From: Syntrophaceae bacterium
GTDB lineage: Bacteria > Desulfobacterota > Syntrophia > Syntrophales > Smithellaceae
Assembly: GCA_018056765.1 (NCBI GenBank)
Contig: JAGPFA010000002.1
Location: 6,590 to 70,589, forward strand
Direction: 5' to 3'
DNA: 64,000 nt
Part shown: piece after piece, positions 53,679 through 63,902 of the stretch
Layout: each line of letters starts with the position of its first letter
How positions within the stretch are numbered: the stretch's first letter is position 1
The notes under the pieces: model-generated
Told to the model about the DNA's origin: nothing
Databases searched by the model: none
What the model saw: the letters and a program-made list of their open reading frames with translations, nothing else
Made by a program: the position numbers and the translations under genes

Positions 53679-54836
53679 TTATAAACAATCCTGTAAAAGC
53701 GCAGCTACCAGCTCCGGGGTGACATCCCTTTTTTCACCAAGTCTCACCATACCATGAGCTTTGAGCTGCCCGACAACCTCCGGAATGATGCCCTTATCGA
53801 TACCATAGTGGCAAAGGCGGGTAGAAACCCCCATCCTCTCGAAAAAATCACGCGTCTTTTCGATGGCCATTTCAATGCGCGCCTCGTCGTCGCCACTTTG
53901 GATACCCCACACGCGCTGTGCGTACTGTAGAAGTTTTTCTTTCTTTTCTCCGGCACGTATTTTCAGCATGGCCGGCAGCACGACCGCCAGTGTTTTCCCG
54001 TGGTCCAGCCCCTTGAGTGCCGTGAGTTCATGGCCTATCATGTGGGTGGCCCAGTCCTGAGGAACACCGGCGCTGATCAGACCGTTGAGTCCCAGTGTGG
54101 CACACCACATCAGATTGGCGCGTACGTCGTAATTTTCCGGCTCGGCCAGGGCTTTGGGCCCTTCCTCTATCAGTGTCAGCAATATTCCTTCGGCGAAACG
54201 ATCCTGGAGTTTGCCGTTTACCGGATATGTCAAATATTGTTCGGTCACATGAACAAACGTGTCCACGACTCCGTTTCCGATTTGCTCGGCGGGCAATGTA
54301 TAGGTCTTGGTCGGATCAAGCACGGAAAATTCAGGAAAAAGTACCTGGTTGTTGAAGGGAAGCTTGGCATTGAGAGCCCGGTGCGTGATCACCGCACCGC
54401 TGTTCATTTCCGAGCCGGTGGCCGGAAGAGTCAGGACCGTCCCGAAAGGCAGGGCACGTTCAACTGTCATACCGTACTTTTTGACAATTTCCCAAGGCTC
54501 GCCCTGATAAAGAGCTGCCGCCGCAATAAATTTTGTCCCGTCGATGACTGATCCGCCGCCGACTGCCAGAAGATAATCGATATTTTCTCTTAGCACTCTC
54601 TCGACACACTGCATCAGTGTTTCGTAGGTCGGATTGGGCTCTATGCCGCCGAACTCGGTAACTTCAAATCCGGCAAGCGCCGCCAACACCTCGTCATAGA
54701 TCTTGTTGCGTTTGATGCTGCCTCCTCCAAAGGTTATCATGACTTTGGAGCCCTGCGGAATTTCCTTGCCGACGGCCCTGATCGTTTCTTTACCGAAAAT
54801 AATTTTGGTCGGGTTGTAAAAAACGAAATTATTCAT
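53679..54836 (-). CDS. iron-containing (group III) alcohol dehydrogenase
   Basis: 'LAVGGGSVIDGTKFIAAA', 'TLPATGSEMN' and 'ATHMIGHELTALKGLDHGKTLAV'. Confidence 0.9.
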   Translation of the reverse strand: MNNFVFYNPTKIIFGKETIRAVGKEIPQGSKVMITFGGGSIKRNKIYDEVLAALAGFEVTEFGGIEPNPTYETLMQCVERVLRENIDYLLAVGGGSVIDGTKFIAAAALYQGEPWEIVKKYGMTVERALPFGTVLTLPATGSEMNSGAVITHRALNAKLPFNNQVLFPEFSVLDPTKTYTLPAEQIGNGVVDTFVHVTEQYLTYPVNGKLQDRFAEGILLTLIEEGPKALAEPENYDVRANLMWCATLGLNGLISAGVPQDWATHMIGHELTALKGLDHGKTLAVVLPAMLKIRAGEKKEKLLQYAQRVWGIQSGDDEARIEMAIEKTRDFFERMGVSTRLCHYGIDKGIIPEVVGQLKAHGMVRLGEKRDVTPELVAALLQDCL

Positions 54837-55003
54837 AGTTGTACTCTCCCCTTTTGATTTTATTGAGGACTGCCGGCCGTATTTCAGCCGGCAAACTAAT
54901 TACGCGACACCTTTCGTCCGCAAGGATCACTTTGCCCCTATCTCATGGTGTATTTTAAACACAGAACACGCGGCAAGACAAGACCCGCAGTTTTGCGGTT
55001 AAT

Positions 55004-55627
55004 TCACTGTGCTTTTCGAATCAGAAGCCCCGTCGTGGACACGCGGATTTCCAGTGTGGCCGGTTTGTCCGTGTTGATGAAGGCCGCAGAGCCATACTGG
55101 CAGTCGAGGAGAGGACGGAAAACAGGATAGATCCGCCGCAGATTGAAGATATCCAGGGGTTTGTCACTGGATATGGAGTACAGGGTGCGCGGCCCGGAGA
55201 GTTCATCTTCAATATTCATATAGCGTCCTGATACTCTGTCGAGCTCATAAAAAGTGTGCAGGCCGAAGACATTGGCAATGGGCTTCCACTTGAGAATATG
55301 GGCATCAACGTACAGAGAGTCTCCGGCAATTTGATAGAATGCCTCACGCCCGTCGGCAAAACGGAAGTGCGCGGTCACCCTCTTTTCTCCTGCTGGCTCG
55401 ACCCTGACTACAGCCGCCACCTCTTCATGCGTCAGCGCCCGGTAGCCTTTTGTCGCGACGGCAATCGTACCGGACAAAGCGGCCAGTGAGAAACACAAAA
55501 GAGCACACAAAACAGCGGTCAAAGATCCGAAGATTTTCTTCTTACGTACTGTCGCCACTGTCAGAACAAGAAAAAGAAGGCACAAAATACCAAAACCTGT
55601 CGTCAAAAGCGTAAGCATCTTCTCCAT
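55004..55627 (-). CDS. membrane-anchored protein (two N-terminal TM helices plus a soluble domain), unknown function
   Basis: Clean ORF with plausible coding composition. No recognisable motif. Confidence 0.5.
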   Translation of the reverse strand: MEKMLTLLTTGFGILCLLFLVLTVATVRKKKIFGSLTAVLCALLCFSLAALSGTIAVATKGYRALTHEEVAAVVRVEPAGEKRVTAHFRFADGREAFYQIAGDSLYVDAHILKWKPIANVFGLHTFYELDRVSGRYMNIEDELSGPRTLYSISSDKPLDIFNLRRIYPVFRPLLDCQYGSAAFINTDKPATLEIRVSTTGLLIRKAQ

Positions 55628-55695
55628 GTTCTTCTTCCCCTTTCATGCCAATGAATGTCCTTTTGCAGCACACCTCTGAAAAATCAACAAATCCA

Positions 55696-56427
55696 TCAAT
55701 CGGAAACGGATCCTGTCCCTCCCCTTCGCTCGTATTCTGCGCGAAGCTCACCGGCGGTCTTCACGCCGCCATGTGCCGGGAGGAAGATTCTGCAACCCGT
55801 GTCGAGAAGTCGCCTCCAGCTTTCAGTAAGCTCCCGCTGGTCTTCGGCAAAAGGCGGAAAAGCCGACGAGCGGCACATCCCAAAAAGGGTATCGCCCACC
55901 ACAGCAATCTCTCCGCCAACAATAACGCTCATCGAACCACGTGTATGCCCGGGCGTATGCAGGATGTATGTGTCTGCTCCGAGATCGAAAAGATCGAGAC
56001 GATCTTCAACGGAAACATCGGGAGGACATGGGGGATAGGCCAGGAGTCTTTCCGGGGCGATCGATGCCATGAAGGCGCCAATTGCGCCGAAAGTCGTGGC
56101 GCCCCGTATGACGGGATTGGCTCCTCTTTTGAGGAGCTCCGCCTCGCTTCGGTGAACATATACGGGGCCCCCGAACATTTCCCGAATAAGCGCCGCCCCG
56201 CCCGCATGGTCAAAATGGGCGTGCGTGAGTACGATGCCCGCCGGCTTGGTGAGGCCTGCCCTTTTCAATCGCGAAACAAGCTTACGTCTCATGCCCGCTG
56301 ACCCGGTGTCAATGAGCATATTCCCGGTTCCCCCGGAAACCATGAATATATTGCATCTTCCATCCAGCACCTGCGTCACTTGCTGCCCGTTTTTTGTCGT
56401 CCATGTTTTCATGCCGATATTCCCCAC
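55696..56427 (-). CDS. MBL-fold metallo-hydrolase
   Basis: 'IVLTHAHFDHAGG' (HxHxDH), 'HTPGHTRGS' and 'GDTLF'. Confidence 0.85.
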   Translation of the reverse strand: MGNIGMKTWTTKNGQQVTQVLDGRCNIFMVSGGTGNMLIDTGSAGMRRKLVSRLKRAGLTKPAGIVLTHAHFDHAGGAALIREMFGGPVYVHRSEAELLKRGANPVIRGATTFGAIGAFMASIAPERLLAYPPCPPDVSVEDRLDLFDLGADTYILHTPGHTRGSMSVIVGGEIAVVGDTLFGMCRSSAFPPFAEDQRELTESWRRLLDTGCRIFLPAHGGVKTAGELRAEYERRGGTGSVSD

Positions 56428-56795
56428 AACCGGCCTACAATGAGGGCTCTAATCAAATGCTGACTGCATTGCCGTATTTTTCCGCTCTCTTTTCCCGGAG
56501 AACCGCCGTCTATCATCAAAAAGAGGCCATCTTCGGCGTACGACCTTCCGGAACTATATTTGTCATCATGATTTTATGTTGGTAGTCAAGCAAAATAATC
56601 GGTGTTTTTCCGTTGAGGCAACAGGCTCCCGCGTGCCACAAATGAAATCTTCGGCCGGCGCCGGAAATCGTTTCTCTTCCATCAGAGAAATCTTCGCTAT
56701 TTACATGCCGGGGATTCCGTCCTTCATACGCGCCGCTCCGGGATGGCCGGGCCTGCCTGAGAAAGGCCAATCGCGAAATGCCTGATCCGTGTATG

Positions 56796-56833
56796 AAAAA
56801 GGGCCGCCTGCGTTCAACTTTCGCCTGCGGCCC
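56796..56833 (-). terminator. candidate terminator after pckG
   Basis: GGGCCGC...GCGGCCC stem, followed on the minus strand by TTTTT. Confidence 0.4.
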
Positions 56834-56886
56834 GTCCTGTTATCTTACACCAAAATACACTTCAACTGCGCGGGGTAACCCGCAAC

Positions 56887-58698
56887 TTATCCCAGCCTCT
56901 TTTCCAGATCTTCCAGTTCCTTCATAAGCTCCCCGGGCAGGCGGTCTCCGAATCTGGCGTAATGCTCACGGATGCTGAGGACCTCCTGCTTCCATTCATC
57001 TGTGTTTACATCCAGAAGCTCGTTCATGTCTGCCTCACTGACACTCAGGCCGCTTGTGTCTATCGCATCCGGTGTGGGCATAAACCCGATCTGGGTTTTT
57101 CTGGCCTTGCCTGTTCCGGCACAGCGCTCGAAAACCCACTTGAGTACACGGCTGTTTTCACCGTAGCCGGGCCAGAGCCACTTACCGTCATCTGCTTTTC
57201 TAAACCAGTTGACGTAGAAAATCTTCGGCAGATTTTCCGGTGCTGTTTTGGTGCCGATGCCGATCCAGTGCTTGAAATAATCTCCCATATTGTAACCGCA
57301 GAATGGCAGCATGGCAAACGGATCTCTTCTAACCTGACCGATGTTGGCGGAGATGGCTGCGGCGGTAATTTCCGAGCCGACAATCGATCCCAGGAACACG
57401 CCGTGATTCCAGTTGAAAGCCTCATGCACCAGAGGAATTGTTTTGGGACGGCGGCCGCCGAATAAAAAGGCGCTGATCGGTACACCGTCGGGATTTTCCC
57501 AGTCAGGGTCGATGGCCGGACACTGTTTGGCCGGCGCCGTAAATCTGGCGTTGGCATGAGCGGCGACCCTGCCTGCGTCTTTAGTCCACTCTCTGCCCGT
57601 CCAGTCGATGATTTTACCTTCTGGAGCATCGTAGCCAATGCCTTCCCACCAGACATCTCCATCCTCGGTCAGGGCGACATTGGTAAAGATCGTATTTCTT
57701 TCAATAGACTTCATCGCGTTATAGTTGGATTCTTCAGATGTGCCGGGCGCAACACCAAAGAAACCTGCTTCGGGATTGATCGCATAGAGCCGTCCGTCCG
57801 CCCCGAATTTCATCCATGCAATATCGTCACCCACGCATTCCACTTTCCAGCCGGGAATGGTCGGAATCATCATCGCCAGGTTCGTTTTGCCACAGGCGGA
57901 CGGGAAAGCGGCCGCCACATATTTTTTCTCTCCTGCGGGACTGGTGATGCCGAGAATCAGCATATGCTCGGCAAGCCAGCCCTGTTCACGGGCCATGACC
58001 GAGGCGATCCTGAGCGCGAAACACTTCTTGCCTAAAAGAGCGTTTCCACCGTAACCGGACCCGAACGACCAGATCATTTTTTCTTCAGGGAAATGAGAAA
58101 TATATTTTTTCTCCATCGGGGCGCAAGGCCACAGACCTTCATCCGTTTCGCCTTCGGCCAGTGGCTTGCCCACCGAATGCAAACAGGGGATAAACACACC
58201 GTCCTCTCCCAGAACATCGAGCACCTTTTGACCGACGCGGGTCATAATATGCATATTGGCAACAACGTAGGCCGAGTCGGTTATCTCCACGCCAATTTGA
58301 GCAATAGGTGAACCTACCGGCCCCATACTGAACGGGATGATGTACATTGTCCGCCCCTTCATGCAGCCTTCATAAAGTCCACGCATCGTCTTTTTCAATT
58401 CATCCGGATCGATCCAGTTATTGGTGGGGCCTGCTTCGTCTTTTGTGCGGGCGGCAATATAGGTGCGGTCTTCCACACGAGCCACGTCGGAGGGGTCAGA
58501 CCGGAACAGGACACAATTGGGACGCTTATCAGGATTGAGCGGTGTAGCCACACCGCTGTCAACCGACGTTTTTATCATGGCATTATATTCGGCCTCACTG
58601 CCATCGCACCAGTAAACCTGCTCGGGCTTACAAATTTTAGTCATCTCATCTACCCATGAAATGAGCTTTTTGTTTTTGGTCAAGCTGCTGTCGTTCAT
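56887..58698 (-). CDS. pckG: phosphoenolpyruvate carboxykinase (GTP)
   Basis: '[10 protein letters not shown]', '[13 protein letters not shown]' (kinase-1a P-loop), 'GDDIAWMKF' and 'YVNWFRK'. The ATG at 58698 follows AAAGGAGG. The longer ORF adds 29 implausible residues. Confidence 0.9.
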   Translation of the reverse strand: MNDSSLTKNKKLISWVDEMTKICKPEQVYWCDGSEAEYNAMIKTSVDSGVATPLNPDKRPNCVLFRSDPSDVARVEDRTYIAARTKDEAGPTNNWIDPDELKKTMRGLYEGCMKGRTMYIIPFSMGPVGSPIAQIGVEITDSAYVVANMHIMTRVGQKVLDVLGEDGVFIPCLHSVGKPLAEGETDEGLWPCAPMEKKYISHFPEEKMIWSFGSGYGGNALLGKKCFALRIASVMAREQGWLAEHMLILGITSPAGEKKYVAAAFPSACGKTNLAMMIPTIPGWKVECVGDDIAWMKFGADGRLYAINPEAGFFGVAPGTSEESNYNAMKSIERNTIFTNVALTEDGDVWWEGIGYDAPEGKIIDWTGREWTKDAGRVAAHANARFTAPAKQCPAIDPDWENPDGVPISAFLFGGRRPKTIPLVHEAFNWNHGVFLGSIVGSEITAAAISANIGQVRRDPFAMLPFCGYNMGDYFKHWIGIGTKTAPENLPKIFYVNWFRKADDGKWLWPGYGENSRVLKWVFERCAGTGKARKTQIGFMPTPDAIDTSGLSVSEADMNELLDVNTDEWKQEVLSIREHYARFGDRLPGELMKELEDLEKRLG

Positions 58699-59104
58699 AA
58701 TGCCTCCTTTGGCCGTATTTTCATAACTCCCGTGCAGGAGTTGTTTTCCCTTGCCGACCCCGCCACAAAGTGCCGTCTTACACACTGCGCCGGTTACGTC
58801 AAAAGTGGTGAACTATTTTAAAACGGCAAAAAATGCAATCAAATATTTAATCGGATAGGTGCCGGATGACAAGCATTACACCCCGGGAAGAGACAGCTCT
58901 TTGTCGGCTTATCATTTTTGCCCGGGCCACCGGTAAAGAATCACACAAATGAATGGTTTTTAAAAAAGACTTTATTAAACAAGCGACAAGACGGATCGGA
59001 TAATCACGTTTTGGCCTGGCAGGCGGGAACAACTAAATGAGAAGGATATTTAAAGAGCAGACCTTTGACAGTGGCCTGCTCTTTAAACAATCCTGTTGCG
59101 CGGT

Positions 59105-59299
59105 TTATTTTTTTGCTGCTTTTTTTGCGACTTTCTTTGCCGCGGGTTTTTTGGCTGCCGTTTTCTTCGCTGCCTTCTTGGCAACTTTTTTGACCGCCGT
59201 TTTCTTGGCAGCTGCTTTCTTCGCTACGGTTTTCTTCGCCGCCTTCTTGGCGACCTTCTTTGCCGCTTTCTTCGCAACTTTTTTTGCTGTTACTGCCAT
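59105..59299 (-). CDS. histone H1-like Lys/Ala-repeat nucleoid protein (64 aa)
   Basis: 'MAVTAKKVAKKAAKKVAKKAAKKTVAKKAAAKK...'. RBS AAGGAGG. A strong promoter lies upstream. Confidence 0.72.
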   Translation of the reverse strand: MAVTAKKVAKKAAKKVAKKAAKKTVAKKAAAKKTAVKKVAKKAAKKTAAKKPAAKKVAKKAAKK

Positions 59300-59362
59300 T
59301 GGGTTTAGCCTCCTTTTGTTGAGTTTGCTTTTTTCACAACCCACTTCGTTAATTTGACTTGA

Positions 59363-59391
59363 ATTTTACTTTATTTTTTTTATTTGGTCAA
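59363..59391 (-). promoter_or_regulatory. sigma70 promoter of the H1-like gene
   Basis: On the minus strand, TTGACC, 17 nt spacer, TAAAAT, within a very AT-rich region. Confidence 0.5.
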
Positions 59392-59567
59392 CAAAAACTA
59401 TTAAAAAAATGATTAATTCTTTTTATTATTTTTGTGTCCAACAATGATCATTTCGTCAATGAAGTATTGAAAAATAAAAACGACCGATTGTTTATTGTGA
59501 TTCTGTCTTGTGGAGACAACCGTGAAACCCTCGACTGTCAAGGCTTTCAGCGTTTCACCAGCTCGTT

Positions 59568-60344
59568 TCACAAAAGATACGTTCTCGCTCCCATGAAACG
59601 CTTTGCATAATAGGCATCCTTCAAAGAATTTATACGAATTATTTTTCCGGCTGCAGGAGCGTGAATAAATTTATCGTCGCCGATATAAATACCCACATGA
59701 GATATTTTTCCGTGACCTCGCGTCGCGAAGAATACCAGATCTCCTTTTTGCAACCGATGCGGCGAAACTTCGTCTCCTGCATCATACTGGGCTCTGGAAT
59801 GTCGCGGCAGATCAAGACCGTTTAGCTGATATACCGTCATCGTCAAACCACTGCAGTCAAAACCTGTTTGGGCCGACACGCCTCCCCACAGATAGGGAAC
59901 ACCGATAAAATCATAAGCGCTCTTTACAAGCGAATCTCTCAGATAATCCACACCAAGCTGTTTTTGTCTTACGGCCGGTGAATCTTCAGGAATGACGATA
60001 TAGAATTCTTCGATGAGGCCCGCCCGCTGGAGTGACTCGGCCCGCAGGCGAGCCTGATCCTTAGATGTGAAATTACCAAAACGCACTTTGAACAGGCCGT
60101 CGGACGCTTTAAAATAAGTTGCGTCAAGCCCGCGGTCTTTTAGTTTTTCGGTCAGGCGTAAAGCGTTTTGCACCTGTGCGAAGGCGCCGGCCTGAATAGT
60201 ATAACCCATCAGCGCCAGATGTTTTTTCTGTGCGACAGCCGGTGTCCGGATCACCTTTACTTCACGGCTGGCACATGACAACAACATCAAAGCGGTAATC
60301 AATAGAAAAATGAGACACGTAACCTTGCTTTTTTTCGACGGCAC
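59568..60344 (-). CDS. NlpC/P60 (C40) peptidoglycan endopeptidase with an N-terminal SPOR domain
   Basis: SPOR-like 'YTIQAGAFAQVQNALRLTEKLKDRGLDATY...FKVRFGNF'. C40 'YLWGG....GFDCSGL' and 'HVGIYIGDDKFIHA'. Lipoprotein-like 'LLSCAS'. Confidence 0.85.
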   Translation of the reverse strand: MPSKKSKVTCLIFLLITALMLLSCASREVKVIRTPAVAQKKHLALMGYTIQAGAFAQVQNALRLTEKLKDRGLDATYFKASDGLFKVRFGNFTSKDQARLRAESLQRAGLIEEFYIVIPEDSPAVRQKQLGVDYLRDSLVKSAYDFIGVPYLWGGVSAQTGFDCSGLTMTVYQLNGLDLPRHSRAQYDAGDEVSPHRLQKGDLVFFATRGHGKISHVGIYIGDDKFIHAPAAGKIIRINSLKDAYYAKRFMGARTYLL

Positions 60345-60347
60345 AGA

Positions 60348-61760
60348 TCATTCTCCTGTCTGATTTCTTTGCCGGCTCCAGTTCAGGCGCACAAATTCCT
60401 CCGCCTCTTCCCGGTTGATGACCCTGTTTTCCAGTTGCTCGTCTTCGAGTCTGCTGAGAATCTCACCGATCAGTCTGCCCGGCGCGTATCCCATGGCAAT
60501 CAGATCATCGCCTGTCAAAAGCCTCACCGGCCTGAGTTCTTCAGGAGACGCGCCCGCCATTCCGGCAAGACAGAACTCATAATGGTCGAGCATACCATGA
60601 CTGGCCAGACAATCAAGCCTGTGCAACTGCAGATGGAGATCAAAATCGGGCATACGTAAAAAACGCTTCAGCCGGGAAGGACGCATTTTTTGAACATTCA
60701 TGAAGGCCATGTGGTGATGGATCAATGCGATAACCCCCTCACGGCGGACGCGGGAAAATTTCAAACGTCCGGCAATAGCCGCAGCGATTCGTTCGCTTTC
60801 CCCGGTGTGCCCGTAAAAGTGCACGCCTTTTTCATCTACCGTACGCGTTGCCGTCTTACCTGTATCATGCAGGAGCGCAGCCCAGGCCAGCGTTGCATTC
60901 GTCCGGGGAGCTGTTTCGGCAGCCAGCACCTCAAGCATGATCATCGTATGCTCCCAGACGTCTCCTTCGGGATGGTAGCGGGGCGGCTGTTGCACTCCTT
61001 TGAGATCTTCGACTTCCGGCAGAATATGACGCAATAATCCGGTTGCGGACAACAATTCAAAACCGCGGCGGGCACCGCCGCGTGTCAGAATTTTATCCAG
61101 CTCTTCGGCCACTCTCTCGGCACTGATGCTTCGTATTTTCTCACTATGTTCCAGGATGGCTTCTTTTGTTTTTGGCTCAAGGGAGAAACCCAGGTTTGCC
61201 GCGAAGCGCACTGCCCGGAGCATGCGCAGATAATCTTCGGCAAAGCGCTGATAAGGATCGCCAATGGCGCGTATAATCCGTTTTTCAATGTCTTTCCTTC
61301 CGTTAACATAATCGATGATTTGGCCCGATTCCGGATCCATCAAAAGACCATTGACGGTGAAATCACGACGGCAAACATCATCTTCTGCCGTGGAGAATCG
61401 AATCTGAGCGGGCCTCCTTCCATCTTCATAAGCTTCGTCACTGCGGAAAGTTGCCACTTCAAAGGAGTGCCCGCCGGCAATCACGGCGGTGACGCCGAAC
61501 TTTGCGCCTACACCGGTAGTGCGTGCGAAAAGCTCTGAAACCTGCCTGGGCTTTGCCGAAGTGACGATATCGTAATCTCCCGGCGTTACGCCGCGCAGAT
61601 AATCGCGTACTGCGCCGCCGACAAAAAAGGCCTCATAGCCTCCTTGCCTCAGTTGCAGGACAATTTCCCGCGCTGCACGCTCTTTCAATTCATGAAGATC
61701 TTCCATGATATGGACCCCGCTTGCGGCACTGCCTTGGAGTGAATCTCCTTCTTTCGCCAT
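60348..61760 (-). CDS. cca: CCA-adding enzyme / poly(A) polymerase-family nucleotidyltransferase with an HD domain
   Basis: 'AFFVGGAVRDYLRG..PGDYDIVT', 'RRDFTVNGL' and the HD region 'LLHDTGK'. The real start may be the internal ATG ('MEDLHEL'). Confidence 0.82.
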   Translation of the reverse strand: MAKEGDSLQGSAASGVHIMEDLHELKERAAREIVLQLRQGGYEAFFVGGAVRDYLRGVTPGDYDIVTSAKPRQVSELFARTTGVGAKFGVTAVIAGGHSFEVATFRSDEAYEDGRRPAQIRFSTAEDDVCRRDFTVNGLLMDPESGQIIDYVNGRKDIEKRIIRAIGDPYQRFAEDYLRMLRAVRFAANLGFSLEPKTKEAILEHSEKIRSISAERVAEELDKILTRGGARRGFELLSATGLLRHILPEVEDLKGVQQPPRYHPEGDVWEHTMIMLEVLAAETAPRTNATLAWAALLHDTGKTATRTVDEKGVHFYGHTGESERIAAAIAGRLKFSRVRREGVIALIHHHMAFMNVQKMRPSRLKRFLRMPDFDLHLQLHRLDCLASHGMLDHYEFCLAGMAGASPEELRPVRLLTGDDLIAMGYAPGRLIGEILSRLEDEQLENRVINREEAEEFVRLNWSRQRNQTGE

Positions 61761-61812
61761 TGATCTGAGGTCGTACTGGGGAATTAAAACAACTTTGAAC
61801 GCCGACCATTTA

Positions 61813-63084
61813 TCACTTTCTGCCGAGTCTGATCGCGCAAAGCTCTCCGCACATGGTGCAACCCTCTTCAGCGGCGCTTTTGCTTTTTTCCAGAAGGGCG
61901 GCCGTCATTTCCGGATCCAGTGATACATCCACCTGTCCCTGCCAGTCAAATGTTTTCCGAAATTGAGACATCTGCAAATCCCGTTCTTTGGCTCCTTTAA
62001 CGCCTTTGGCCAGGTCGGCGATATGAGCGGCAATACGCGAAGCAATTACTCCGGCACGCACATCGGCCGGTGTTGGCAGACGCAAATGCTCAGCCGGCGT
62101 CACATAACAAAGAAAATCGGCACCGGCAGCTCCGGCAATCGCGCCGCCGATGGCTGAGGTGATATGGTCGTACCCGGGCGCGATGTCTGTCGGAAGAGGC
62201 CCCAGCACGTAAAACGGAGCGCCCTGGCAAATATTTTTCTGTAATTTAATATTGGCCTCAATATCCTTGATCGGCACATGTCCCGGCCCTTCAATCATCA
62301 CCTGCACACCCGCCCGGCGGGCCCGTTGGGCTAACTGGCCGAGAACAACCAATTCGGCGATCTGCGCCTGATCGGTCGCGTCGGCAATGGCCCCTGGACG
62401 CAGGCCGTCTCCAAGACTCAAAACCATCTCATAGCGACGCGCTATCTCCAAAAGCCGGTCATATTGCTCGTAAAGAGGATTCTCCTTGCCGTTGCAGCGC
62501 ATCCAACCGGCCGTCATGGAGCCTCCCCTGCTCACTATGCCCAGCACCCTGCCCTGTTGCTCCATTATTTCCACGGTCCGGCGTGTCACGCCGCAGTGAA
62601 CGGTTATAAAATCAACACCATCACGACCGTTTTCTTCGATCACCTCGAACATTTCGTCGGCGGTCATTTCGGAGACGGCCCGGCCGGCATTGATCATTTT
62701 TACGGCGATCTGATAAATCGGCACTGTGCCGACGGCAACAGTGGAGTTTTTCATAACTTCCCTGCGTATCTGCGCCAAATCACCGCCTGTCGACAAATCC
62801 ATCACCGCATCGGCGCCGGCGTTAATCGCCAAAGTGAGCTTTTCCAGTTCGGCAGGCAGGTCGTTGCCATCTTTGGATGTGCCGATGTTGGCATTGACCT
62901 TGGTGCGCAGGCCACTCCCTATTGCCAGCGGCCTGATACCCGTGTGATTTATATTCCTGCAGATGACAATCGTGCCTGCGGCAACTCCCTGCCGGATATA
63001 TTCCGGCTCGACATTTTCCGCCGCGGCAGCAATCTCCATCTCTGTAGTAATCACTCCCCGGCGGGCCTTCTCCAACTGTGTCAT
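61813..63084 (-). CDS. thiC: phosphomethylpyrimidine synthase (short, anaerobe-type ThiC)
   Basis: 'KVNANIGTS', 'DTVMDLSTGG'-like 'DAVMDLSTGGD', 'VTIHCGV'-like 'ITVHCGV', 'MIEGPGHVP' and C-terminal 'CTMCGELC'. Confidence 0.9.
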   Translation of the reverse strand: MTQLEKARRGVITTEMEIAAAAENVEPEYIRQGVAAGTIVICRNINHTGIRPLAIGSGLRTKVNANIGTSKDGNDLPAELEKLTLAINAGADAVMDLSTGGDLAQIRREVMKNSTVAVGTVPIYQIAVKMINAGRAVSEMTADEMFEVIEENGRDGVDFITVHCGVTRRTVEIMEQQGRVLGIVSRGGSMTAGWMRCNGKENPLYEQYDRLLEIARRYEMVLSLGDGLRPGAIADATDQAQIAELVVLGQLAQRARRAGVQVMIEGPGHVPIKDIEANIKLQKNICQGAPFYVLGPLPTDIAPGYDHITSAIGGAIAGAAGADFLCYVTPAEHLRLPTPADVRAGVIASRIAAHIADLAKGVKGAKERDLQMSQFRKTFDWQGQVDVSLDPEMTAALLEKSKSAAEEGCTMCGELCAIRLGRK

Positions 63085-63902
63085 TTATCCCTCCCCGCAT
63101 CATGCAAATTTACCAAAACATTCACCGGCCCGTGCCCGCGGCCGATTCTCAAACTCCCTTTGATGGCTTCAAACACCAGCTCCTTGGCCGCCGTAACGGC
63201 ATCGTACATCACCATACCTTGCGCCAGATATGCCGCCAGTGCCGCCGCAAACGTACAGCCGGTGCCGTGCGTGTTTTTTGTCCTGATCCAGTCTGCGGAA
63301 AATTCATGATATGATTTTCCGTCATAGAGTATATCAATGCTGCCGGTTTTACGGCTTAGTGCCAGGTGGCCGCCTTTGATGACTACATTTTTTACGCCCA
63401 GGCCGTGGATAAGCGATGCCGCCTTTTTCATATCATCCACAGAACGGATGTGATATCCCGACAAAACCTCCGCCTCCGGGATATTGGGTGTTACTACGCC
63501 GGCCACCGGCAGGAGCTCTTTAATAATTCCGCCGATGGCCCTGCCTTTCGTCAGTGGGTGGCCTCCTTTGGCGACCATGACCGGGTCAACCACCACATTT
63601 CTTAAACGGTATTGCTTTATTTTTTCCACAACGACAGCGACCGCGGCCGGCGACGAAAACATGCCGGTCTTAACGGCGTCTGCGCCGATATCGGAAAGGA
63701 CTGCGTCCAGTTGCCGGGCGATAAATTGCGGCGGTACGGGGAGAACTCCCTGCACGCCACATGTATTTTGCGCTGTCAGCGCCGTGATTACGGTTGTCGC
63801 GTAGCACCCGCAGGTACTGATGGTTTTCAGGTCGGCCTGGATGCCCGCACCTGCGCCGCTGTCGGAGCCGCCCACACACAATACTTTCAAGACTTTTGCC
63901 AA
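63081..63902 (-). CDS. thiD: hydroxymethylpyrimidine / phosphomethylpyrimidine kinase
   Basis: 'VLCVGGSDSGAGAGIQADLKT', 'VVDPVMVAKGG' and 'THGTGCTFAAALAAYLA'. The TTG start follows GGAGG. ATGA overlap with thiC. Confidence 0.88.
   Translation of the reverse strand: MAKVLKVLCVGGSDSGAGAGIQADLKTISTCGCYATTVITALTAQNTCGVQGVLPVPPQFIARQLDAVLSDIGADAVKTGMFSSPAAVAVVVEKIKQYRLRNVVVDPVMVAKGGHPLTKGRAIGGIIKELLPVAGVVTPNIPEAEVLSGYHIRSVDDMKKAASLIHGLGVKNVVIKGGHLALSRKTGSIDILYDGKSYHEFSADWIRTKNTHGTGCTFAAALAAYLAQGMVMYDAVTAAKELVFEAIKGSLRIGRGHGPVNVLVNLHDAGRDK

Noticed and set aside
58699-58785. 29-codon N-terminal extension of pckG in the ORF track.
   Set aside because: The Cys/Gly/Lys-rich stretch has no homology. 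The internal ATG at 58698 is preceded by AAAGGAGG and gives the canonical GTP-PEPCK length.
59037-59357. 106-aa Phe/Ala-rich ORF (and the 59096-59308 ORF) on the plus strand.
   Set aside because: These are mirror translations of the Lys/Ala repeat gene (AAG/GCN against CTT/NGC). Only the minus-strand ORF has an RBS and a promoter.
62464-63309. 281-aa plus-strand ORF.
   Set aside because: It is antisense to thiC and thiD, which both carry strong family motifs.
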